A stretch of DNA of 64,000 nucleotides from the NCBI RefSeq assembly GCF_001447785.1, contig NW_015168659.1:186001-250000 (forward strand), given 5' to 3'. The notes under the pieces were generated by a model. That model had not been told where the DNA came from and made no database searches. It worked only from the letters and a program-made list of their open reading frames with translations. Position 1 is the stretch's first letter. The number at the start of each line of letters is the position of its first letter. The DNA comes from Gekko japonicus. Its lineage: Eukaryota. The position numbers were made by a program, and so were the translations under genes. Below are positions 37,401 through 49,400 of this stretch, one piece after another.

Positions 37401-40400
37401 TGTGATCCAGGATATCAGTTAAAAGGCAGAAAATGCATGGGTATGATACAGATTTCAGGGCAATCAGATACTTGCAAGTTATTGTATTATAAGGTTTATT
37501 TGTGAGAGACTTTAGCCATTTAATTGCTGTACAGATGAATGTATGAAACATATGCATAGGCCACTAAGCAGCCAGGATTCTAAATGCCAATCCCAAATTC
37601 CCACAGGTGACCATTGGTATATCAATCAATGGTTTTCATAGGGATAAAGAAGCCCTCTTACAGCTTAAAAATAGAGATCTGCAGAGGTCATTTCGGGGGG
37701 GAATGCGGGGGAACACAGTTCCCCCAGGTGAGGTGCAGGGGGCGGGGCACACAATGAAGCCCCGACCCCTGCTTCTGGCCGCCCCGCTTCCAGCCCTCAT
37801 TCAGCCAGGAGGAGGCAGGAGAAGAGGGAGGGTAAGTTGCTTCCTCCCCACCTCTCCCCACCCCTGCCTGCCTGGGGCCAGGGAGGGCCTTGGCGGGGCT
37901 TCCTCGCACTCCCCAGGATTCTAAATGCCAATCCCAAATTCCCACAGGTGACCATTGGTATATCAATCAATGGTAATGAGTTCCCTAAAGAAGCCCTCTT
38001 ACAGCTTAAAAGTAGAGATCTGTACACAAAGTGGGTAAGAATCTTTAAACAATTCTTAAGGATATTCAAAATAAGAACTAAGCCAGCAATGAGCACCATT
38101 TATAGTGCAAACCTATTTAAAGTTCCTTCAGTCAGTTCCTTCAGTCTAAGCCCACTAATTTATCTGATAGTCACTAATATGATTCTTGTGGGGTGTGAAA
38201 ACCCTTGATATAGTCTTCGGAATCTTTAGGCCTCATTGTTGCTGAGAAAATAGTAAAGGCATAATGACAGTGTGAGCTGCAGACACAACTCAACCCCCAT
38301 CAGTCATCCCACCTCTAATATCAAGGGTTGGATCCTATCAGGGTTTCTGCTCAATCTTGCCTGATTCCCCTCTTCACTGTAGCCTCTGTCCTGCATGCCT
38401 TTTCTTCACATGGGTTCAGTGATCCCCAGCATACCCTTTTCAGTGAACAAAAGGGGGCCCCCTGCCCTCTTTTTGACAAAAGAAAAACTCGTAGGATCCA
38501 ACCCCAGAAAACTGTGGAATGAAGTGAATGTGGTTTATTTAATGTGTATCCCAAAGAAAGTATATAGGGGAAATCATCAGTCCTTAAACTCTTGGATTAA
38601 TTCACATAAAATGGACTGGAATAGTGTGTTAACTGTGTCTGAACATTTCTCCCACCATGATCAATACTTGCTATAGCCTTTGCACTGAATTCTGTCATTG
38701 ATGTTAGAGCAATCTAAATTCATTCTGATATTCCTGCACATGAACATATGAAGCTGCTGTACACTGAATCAGACCACTGATTCATTAAGGTCAGTATTAT
38801 CTACTCAGACTGGCAGTGTCTCTTCAGCATCTCAGGCGGAGGGGAACAGCCGATCAAATCAAATAGTTACTCTGTGTCTTAAATGAAAAGACAAATACAA
38901 AATTTCATATGGGCAATATTTGGAATTTCTAATGTGCAGGTCAGTGTTATTATTTCAAAATGCTAGAGGTTTGATTTCAACCACTTGGATTCTTGGTATT
39001 TACCTCCCACTAAAGAGGCAACTCATACATTAAGATGTCATAAATCGGCTTCTGTTTTTAAGATGGGTACAAGCCTGGCATGTTGCCATGCTGGTGAACT
39101 CCTTTCCTTCTTCCCTCATGTGTGGAGCATGTTTGGCCAGCCTTCCTGGTTTGAGAAACCTTGAACACAGAGATGATGGATTTTTGGCCAGAGACAGAAT
39201 AATTGGAGAGAGACACTGCCCTCTTTGTGGGTTGGCTCAGAATTATATACAGGCCTGATTTTCACGTGGAGCCTACCCTCATATTGAAGTACTACAAACC
39301 TGACTGGCCCTTAATTCTTATAATTTGTTTTAAATGTGTGCTATTTGATTGTAGGCCACTGAAGAAGCCTCTCAGAGCCAAATTCATTCTGATATTCCTG
39401 CACATGAACACATGAAGCTGCTGATTATGTGATTCGTGTTCAGTTGGCATGCAATGTTGAATTTTAGCACTCCTAAGTATCTGTATTGTTTTTTACTTGT
39501 TAATTGTTACACTTTGTAATAAATACTTTGTTATATTTTAAGTTGTTATATTTTTTAACTTGTTATATTTTAAGGTTGTTATACTCAACCTTCTGAGTAC
39601 CCAACCTGATGCTGTGGTTGAGTTTCTTCCCCCTTTGTATTTTCTTTCTGAACCTCTGGTTTGCCGTGACATCTGAAGGCAGGCACATGCATTCAGATGT
39701 CATGGGAATTTGGATTCATGCACTGCAGATGCATTTAAAATCAGGAACCCTTCAATAATAGTTGGCTTGCAAGCAGAGGAGGAAGTGGAAATGAGCATGT
39801 GAGCATGTCAACAAGTTCATGTCTGTCATGAACGAACAGATTTGTCATGACATCTGAATACATTGGACAATAAAGCATGGTTTGTTATTATGGTCATGGG
39901 CTTTGGAAATCCTTAGGCTCAGGCACCCCTTCTCCTCACAAACCTCTCAGAAATTACATCTCTTCACCTGCGCTTACAGCAAGCTCTGGTTTGTTGTTTT
40001 GTCTGAACTGCAAACTATGGTTTTACTTCCAGAACAGGATTCTTTTGTCTTGTCACAAATGGGTAAGTGATTAAGTTTTGAACCGTGCATGAGGATTTCT
40101 GAGGCACATTTCTGTAATGACAAATCATGGTGGTTTGTTGCATATGAATGCAGCTGCTATTGATAAAAGTGGTTACAACTATAACCCTCTTCTTTATTAT
40201 AAAAGATGTGAATGAATGCAGACAAAATGTATGCAGACCTGACCAGCTATGCAAGAATACCAGAGGTGGCTATAAATGCATTGATCTGTGTCCAAATGGA
40301 ATGACCAAATCAGAAAATGGAACATGTATAGGTAGGTGTATCTATTTATACCATATTCTTTTCAGAGTCAGTAACAGACAAGCAGATCTCCAGTTGTTTC

Positions 40401-43400
40401 AATATCATTTCTTTCCTTCTTATCATATAAACATGAGTGGTATTTTATGTGAATCAGAACTCTTGCATCATACTTATGAACATCCACATGAATCAGTATT
40501 TGGTTCATCACAAAGAAAAAAGCTTTTGTTAGCCCTCCTGTTATCTCATTGCTGAATGTTATGGTATGTATTCTTTTTGAAGGGTAAGATGAGGAGAGGT
40601 GGGAATAAGCAAATACAGAATATGTTAGTCCCCAGATTCTGAAATCTTGTGGAAGGAGCTATTGGGATATTTTGTTAATATAACAGAGTTTTGTCCAGTC
40701 ATGAGTGCAGTAAATAAATATCCCAAGAAGTACATTGCAAAAAAGAAAGAAAGGTAAACTTACATTTATTCAAGTAGATGCAGTTCACATTCAAGTTGCA
40801 GTTGAAAGGAGAGAAAGAAGCCTAATCTAAAAAATACTTTCTCTATCACAAATGGCCAGTTTGTCCAACATCATGTCTGTGGGAGTATGAGGGTGCTCAG
40901 AGGTCATTTCGGGGGGGATCGAGGGGGATCGCAGTTCCCCCGGGTGAGGTACGGGGGGCGGGGCACATGATGAAGCCCCGCCCCCTGCTTCCGGTCACCC
41001 CGCTTCCGGCCCTCATTCAGCCAGGAGGAGGCAGGAGAAGAGGGAGGGTAAGTTGCTTCCTCCCTGCCTCTCCCCACCCCTGCCTGCCTGGGGCCAGGGA
41101 GGGCCTTTGCAGGGCTTCCTTGTACTCCCGCTGGCCTTGCAGGTCCACCGCCGGGCCCCTCATGGGGCTCGGCAGTGGAGCTGCAAGGCCGCCGGCAGCG
41201 GCCGGGACCGTTGGGGGCGGAGTGTGTGGCCTTATGACACACTTCCGGTGATGTCAGGGGGTGTGGCATATGCTAATGAGTTATGTTAATGAGTTCCCCT
41301 AGCTCTTTTTCTACGAAACGACCCCTGAGGGCGCTACTGCAGGAGACACATGCAGAGAAATGTGTCTCCATAGAAGGCCATGTAAAGAGAGTGAGAGGAC
41401 AAAGTGAGAGAGGAGGGGGTCAGAGGGCAGTTCCCAGGTTAAGACAAAGAGAGGCACCCTATTCAAGAGATAACACCTATATACCCTTAGAGTGATTCAG
41501 CACCCCCAATGTCCAGGCATTCTGAGTCGCTCTCCCCAACAGGAGCCTTCCTCCAAGAGGCTGTTTCTCCACCAAAAGAGGCTTTTCCTCTGGGGGAAGT
41601 CTTCATCCAGAGGAAAGCTCCAGCTGAGTGGAGTGGTAGGGTATGAGATGCAGCTGGGGAAAGCTTTGGGCAGCAATATAAATAAACTCTGTGTGTTAAA
41701 AAAGTTAAGAAAGAGGAATAACTACTTTCTCATAGAAAAATCCGGCTTCCCTTAAGACTTCATGTTCCTTGTTAGATATTGATGAATGCAGAGATGGTAC
41801 TCATCAGTGCCGATACAACCAGATTTGTGAAAACTCACGAGGAAGCTACCAGTGTGTGTGCCCGAGAGGGTACCGATCCCAGGGAGTTGGAAGACCTTGT
41901 ATGGGTAAGTTCGAAGAAAGATTCAAACATATATTATTGCATGTTCCTGTGCCCAGCATCTATTTTTGGCTACTGCTTAAGCTACGAACTTTTAAGATAA
42001 CTCTCCTTGAAGTCAGTGGACTGTTCAGATGGCTAACTTGGCCCTTGAAGACTCCCAGTGCAGTAGTACAGGTCCAAGGAGGGGATTCCAGGCCCCTCCT
42101 ATACCCTGATGGCTGGAGCAAGCTGAGATGCATTGGTGCACCTCATTGTGCCTCTCCATGCATTCTCTTGGGTGGTGTCTCCATGGAAGGCCATGGAAGG
42201 AGAGTGAGAGGAAAAAAGTGAGAGAGGGAGGGGTCAGAGGGCAGTTCCCATAAAACTGGCCCTAGAAACACAGCACTAGAAGACTGCCCCAGTCTATATC
42301 TTACTCAATATTTATTGCACTTATTGAGCGCTTAAATTGCCATGGAATGCCAATGATAAGGAGAGTGAGAGGAAAAAAGTGAGAGAGGGAGGGGTCAGAG
42401 GGCAGTTCCCATAAAACTGGCCCTAGAAACACAGCACTAGAAGACTACCCCAGTCTGTATCTTGGAATGCCAATGCTAAGATGCTCTCCAGCTGATTTCT
42501 GTGTGTATCTGAAAGTGATCTTTAGCCAAGATGATGATGTGGTTTTCATGAACTGTTTGACACAAAGACTAATGCATGCACTGCGTCTAGCTCAGAAAAA
42601 GCTGGACTTTGTGGTTTCAGAATCACATTTGTGATGTCAGTTGGTCCACAGACTGATATGCTTTTTATGTTTTGTGTTTTTTCCCCCTCCTTTCCCCCTT
42701 GTGGCATGATTTATTGCTTTGGATTTGATGCCACATGAGCAGACATTAATGAATGTGAACAAGTGCCTAAACCTTGTGCGTATCAATGCGCCAACAGCCC
42801 TGGCAGCTTCAAGTGTATCTGTCCCCCTGGACAACATTTATTAGGCGATGGCAAATCTTGCGCCGGATTGGAGAGGTTGCCAAATTATGGCACCTATTAT
42901 AATAATTATAACTATGCACAGTTCTCCCCTGTGAGAGACAACTATCGACCTCAGCAGTATTTCAGACAATCCTCCAATATCTACAGCTCCTACTCAGAGT
43001 ATAGGAACAGCAGAATTCCCATCTCCAGGACTAAAAGGAATGTTAGAGAGACTTGCCCTGAAGGCTATGAGGCAAGAAATAACACATGTGTAGGTAAATG
43101 TCACATTTGTGTATATGTCTATATATAGCATATTCCAAAAAAAATAAATATTTTTTTGCTGTTGATTCACTTTACTGTTAGGCTATTTTACACAGAGATA
43201 TGATGCATTGTTTTGTGAGATGCTCTATAGTAGGATTCTACTGCCATTTGTAACTTTGACATTCTCCCCAAACAGCAGATAAATATTTTGTAGAACCACC
43301 ATTCTGTTCAATGCATCATANNNNNNNNNNNNNNNNNNNNNNNNNNNNNNNNNNNNNNNNNNNNNNNNNNNNNNNNNNNNNNNNNNNNNNNNNNNNNNNN

Positions 43401-46400
43401 NNNNNNNNNNNNNNNNNNNNNNNNNNNNNNNNNNNNNNNNNNNNNNNNNNNNNNNNNNNNNNNNNNNNNNNNNNCTTCTCTCTATCTCTCTCCTTTCTTT
43501 CTTTCTTTCTCCACATTATTGCACAGGGATGGCCAGACTTCAGGCCAAAGGCATGCTCCTCAGAATCAAGTCCTCTGAGGCCCAGGTGATAGGGATGTAA
43601 AATGGAAGCATTTCTCAAGGCCTCTGTCCCAAAATCTCTTGAGGAGTGTCACTGCCGAGACAAGAACAGTACGAAAAGTGAGTCTGGAGCAATGTTCCCT
43701 CTAAGCTGTAGAGTCCTGTGAACAAAAATTCCACTTTGTGAGCTACTGGCATTAGAATTGTGAGCAGGTTATTTGGCTACTGCATAAATTAGTTTGCTCT
43801 GGAGCCATCCTTCCTGAGCTAAGACAAAAACGTGTGAGCCAGAGGCTAAAAAACTGTGAGCCAGCTCACACTACCTCAGCTTAGAGGGAACACTGGTCTG
43901 GAGCAGGGCTCCTGATGCATTTCTCATGGGAAAGGCTGCAAGCTAGAATGGACGTGCTGTATAAATGGGTATCCTGATACTTTCCATTTGGATATGGCCC
44001 CTTACCCTCACAAATTTGTGCAAGAAGCTGTGCTGGCCAGACCAAACGTAGCACGCAAGGTGCATATTCACAGCTGTGAAGGACTTGGCACAAAGCAATA
44101 CCATGCCACAAGAGGCATCTGGAACTACGCGGAAATCTCTAGGGCACATTCACTTCATTTAGAGAAGGGCGTAGGCTACACAAAGTCAACTGCCAAGTTG
44201 CCTTTGGCTTGTCTAATTATTTTAGAGCACTTGTTGCTTGCCTTCTACCAATATTTTCATCCAAGGGAGCTAAGAAAATGTTAGAAGTCACTTAAAACAA
44301 ATAATTTGTAATACATTAATAATAAAGACAACAAAGTGGCGCAGTGAGTAAGCCCCAAATGCTCTTATTTCTCTTTGTGGAACTTCTGAATGCCTGAGAG
44401 GGAGGGGACAAAGTGTTTGCACTCTGCTTTCCACTGAAATTAACGGGAACAGCAAACAGTTGGGCAATACTGATAAATCACACGCTTCAGGCCAGTTCTC
44501 ACACACAAACTAACACCACTTTGATGACTGCCGCCTCAGACAGTGAGATGCATATTGGACAGAGCCATTACAGATTACCTCAAACGCAGTACTTTCCAAG
44601 GGAGGAAGTGCACCCATTCTGCTATGAGACATCAAGTGATGTACATTGATGGGTGAACCAGCCTTATTTACTCCAAGGATCAGTTTCCATCCCTGCTCTC
44701 CAGGGTGTCCATTAATCATGGAACACTTGATGCGACTGGGGTTTCCATACACGAGAAAAACACGGATGGGGTCCTGTTCCTTTTATATTAAAAACTATTC
44801 CACATGTACCACACACATCTTCTGCTGGTCAGTTTTCTGTAAAAGAGTGGATGGAGTTAGGAACAATGGTGAGACCCTGGTGGTGACTCAGTGGTAAACA
44901 GACTTGGATTACTTCCAAAGAGTGCCACTGAGCCCAGAGAGAGCAGTCCTGCCTCTACACTTCTATCTTTCAGACCACACGTGAATTAGCCCACTCAATG
45001 GGTGCGTTCAGACGGGGGCTTTACATCGGTATAGGGGCCGGTTGCAATCGCTGTACTCACCGGCGTTCAGACGGCGAACATCTGCCTCCTGTCCCTAACC
45101 GATGTAAAGCCCTTTACACCGTTGCACTCTGCCACTAGGTCCCAAGTGGTGGTATACTGAGTGCAACGGTTGCTTCCGATCTTCCCCGGCGTCTGATCGC
45201 TCTCCACCGGTGCCTAGCCTTTTCCGTCGGAAGCCTGAGGCTTCAGGTTTTCCCCCGCCATTTTTTTTTTAAACAGAGCGATATGCGCTCGGGCAAAGCT
45301 TCGCCCTGAGCGTTTGTTTTTTAAAAAAATCCCTTGCTTTACCTATCCGGAGAAGTCCGGGACTTAAGGGAGGCCAGTTTGGGCTTTAATCTTTAAAGGT
45401 TTAATGTAATGGGGGGGTTAAATGTAATGGGGGGGTTGAGCATGCGCAAAGATCGCCATTCTGTGAATGGCTGCCTATGCGCATGCTCAAACTGTGTTGC
45501 TTTTTTTAAAAAAAACCACCGACGCCCGCAGCGTGTAACCGGGCGTACACTGATGGGAACCGCAAAATGGAGGTAAGTGTGATCGCGTTTCTGCCGGCAT
45601 AAACTGCACCGGTTCCAACCAGTGCAGTTTATGCCGGCAGAAAGCCCCCGTCTGAATGCACCCAATGATACCTATTTCTGTAGCCAGCTCAGTGATTGGC
45701 ACAAATAATTAAATGGATCTGCATACAAAGTATGCATACCAAAATCCTGCCTAATTAAAAGAGTAACTTTGACTTCACTGATAACATTTCCATATCTATA
45801 GTACAGTTAAAAATTAATTACAATGCACTTGGTAAATACACTTAAAATACACTTGGTAAAAGAGTGGGCCTGTGGATTCCCCACCCACAGTTTCATGTTG
45901 GTAGTGGAAAGTACTTTCAAATCACAGCCCATTTATGGTGACCCCATAGGGTTTTCAAGGCAAGAGACATTCAGGGGTGTTTTGCCATTGCCTGCCTCTG
46001 CATCATGCACCTGGCCCTTCTTTTGTGGTCTCCCACCCCAAATACTAACCAGGGCCAACCCTGCTTAGCTTCTGAAATCTGACTAGATCAAGCTAGCCTA
46101 GGCCATTCAGGTCAGGGCCCATATGACAATTACAGTCTCAGGGCAGCCCGCCTGATATTGACCAGAGCCCAGGTCTTTTCTGCCGCAGCCCTCATATTGT
46201 GAAATGGGTTCCCTGAAGAGATGAGGGGAACCCCTTTTTGGCAATCTTCAGGAGGCACGGTGAGCTTTGTGTTTGCCAGGCCTTTTGATGTGCTATGAAC
46301 TGCAGACATCTCGGGGGGGGGAGTATTTAATTTTAATCTATAATGTTTTAGTAGCTACTTGTAAGGCACCTTGAGTCAAGAGGAAAAACAGGGTATAAAT

Positions 46401-49400
46401 ATCTTAACTAAATGCATAATAAAGCACAGAATTCAAGGTAATGAAATGAGTAATTACATACTATATTGGAACCTCCCCTTTCAACAAGGAAGGGATAAAA
46501 CACTGCTGGACCTCCTGATGGCACCTGGTATTTTTGGCCACTGTGTGACAGAGTGTTGGACTGGATGGGCCTTTGGCCTGATCCAACATTGGCTCCTCTT
46601 ATGTTCTTATGAACTACTCAACATTGAAAAATAGTGAATGTAGGCCCTAAAACAATGGTGTAGGTCCCAGAAGCTGGGTACAATCAATCTGGGAACCTAT
46701 CAAGAACGGCAGGCTCTTGGACCATTCCTCTCCTCCTAGACATTCCATCTTCCTTGTTTCCCTGCCTGTATTTTAATGAGCTGTCTCCAAAAACCATTAG
46801 TTAATCAAGCTAAGATTCCAGAACAATGAGAATTGCATGGAAAGGAACAGAGGCCAGGGATGCTGCCATATTGACATACCTACTACAGGCTTGCATTAAG
46901 AACTCCTGGAACCTCAGTTGAGCAAACTAAGGGCGATTCTGCTATTAACATTTTCTCAACTGGGAGGGGAAAGCGCAGCTCAAAACCACATTCAAATACC
47001 TTGGGGCAATGCCGTACTAACGGCAAAGTCACCCCTGGACAGCCATAAATCTATGCAGAAGATACCATAAAACCCAATGATCAAAGGAAGCAAAAGCGGC
47101 ATGCAGTGTGGAGGGTGCCATAAAATCCAATGATCAAAGAAAGTGAAAGCAGCATGCAATGCAGAGGGGAATTTCTGTTCCAACTTGGGTTTCGTAAAAC
47201 AACGGAGGGAAAAGCCAATGCAGAATTGCCCAGTGTAATTACAGTGCTCTCTGAACCCAAGGCATGCTTTGCATTGTAGTCACATTTACATTTGCACCTA
47301 TCCAGGTATTGTTCCTGGCACACCACATACTTCATTTTTTTAAAGTGGATATTTATTGGGCTAACACGGGGCACTCATTTTTACCTCTACTTTATGTAAG
47401 AAAACATAAGCTGTTTTACAAAACAAATACTGTAAAACACCAGTCAAATGTAAAGGAAAAACTATTACACAGATCAATTGCTTTAATATTATCACTATCA
47501 CAGCACCAAGAGCAAGAACAACAGCCATCCCAAATCAATAAAATATCAAAAATGTCATAAGAGTTATTTAGTTTCAAAAGCCTTCCTCCTATTCATATTT
47601 GATATGTGTAGGTACCACAGCTGTAGTATATGTGCTATAAAATACGGCTTTTTTAAAGTGTAGTTTCACCATCCCTCAGACTAACTATGCTGATGGTCTT
47701 AATCTGTCACTAGTTTCTAAATTCCAGCATGTCAATCTTCCAGATTTTATTTGGATGCTTCTACTTCACTACCCACCCCCAAACTTAGAAAATTCAGTCA
47801 TAAATTTTGTTGCCTAATCTTGAGCTCACTGAGGGTGTGAGGAAGGCATTTGTGGCCAAGGACAGATTTGCCCCAGGGGAACCATCCATCCATCATATTA
47901 GTGACTCCCAGAAGACATGTGTGACTTTGAGCTTGGTCATTCAGTCCCTTCCCTGCCAGCTTTCTGAGTTATATTGACTGGTTCTTAGCCACTGTGAGCC
48001 ACTGGCCCAATCCACTTACTTCCTGACTTCTCCAGTGACTTCTATAATTGGAATAGATCAACCCTGCATCATCCTCTCATCTTGTTAGAAGGGGTTGATA
48101 AAATATTGCTCTTCTAATAGTGTGCAGGCCAATATCCTATAACAATGCAGTGTTTTTTTGTTTATTGCACGTGTAATTTAAACACAGAATTGTTGGACAT
48201 GAGCGGATTCCTTTTGTTGCACTGCATCACTCAAAGCAACCCAAGTAAAATATGTGCATAAAACCTAGATTGTTTTTAATTCCATAAGAATTAGTTTCTG
48301 AAGTCTTTCGTCAATTAGATTTTTCAATCTTGGATTGCCTCTTTGTGTGACAATTTTAATGCTTGTTTTCATGCATTTTGCAGATATCGATGAATGTGAG
48401 AACAGAGATGTGTGTCAGCATGAGTGCAGGAATACTCTAGGGAGTTACCAGTGTTTTTGCCCAGTTGGTTACCAGGTAACAGCCAATGGCAAAACGTGCC
48501 AAGGTAAGAAAATATTTTGGCAAAGGGAACAATTACATAAATGTGATGCTTTGAGTATAGAATAAATAAACACCTTGGCAGGCAGCCATATAGGAGAGAT
48601 TTGAATTTTTCAGCTGATGTAGATACAATTGAGTAAAGTCTCAAGGTTTTAATTAAACTGTGGGCCTTACTTACAGTTACCAGCCCAGCACTGACAATCC
48701 TTGGGAGATGCAGGGGGTAGTGATGGTTGTATTGAATGGTAAAACCATAGAGTTTGGGGCGAATCCTAGAGCATCATGCCTATGCAGTGACATCACTTCT
48801 GGGTTTGCACCAGAAGTGATGTTGCAGTTTTGATGTGACAGTGGTCTCCTGCTCCTGCTTCTCCACTGACCAGCAGTGGGAGTCGTGGGGCCCCAGTTGG
48901 GAGGTCTCCTACCAAAGTGGGAGACCTGATTAGCCTAGTCTCACTCATACACATGTAGCCTATCCTACGTTAGGGACACCTTTTCAGGATGGTAGGGCTG
49001 CCCCCCTCCTCTGTGTTTGTCTATTTTCCTCCGGGCCCAACTACATGTTATACCTTACCTGCATCCATCCCTGGTTTCAGCTGATCGATGAGGTCTAGGC
49101 ATTCTGAGTATGATTAGGACCATAGTGCATGTGGAGGAGGCCTTCCTCCACTGTATGATTTTCCTAACACTTGTATTTTCCCATTGTTCCTCTGCAGACA
49201 GTCTCCACGTATGTTTTTAGATTAAGTATGCTTGTGCTAAAGGATTTCCACTTGTGAAGTGCAATTTTCTTGTCTCCTCCCTTCTGTGGCAGCCTGAAAT
49301 ACCACCCCTTTCCTTATACTGTTCCTGGGGATTTCCTGTCCCCAGGGAACAAGATTTTCTGGGGGGTTTCCAGCTTCCATGTGTGAGAAAGTTGTGGTCT

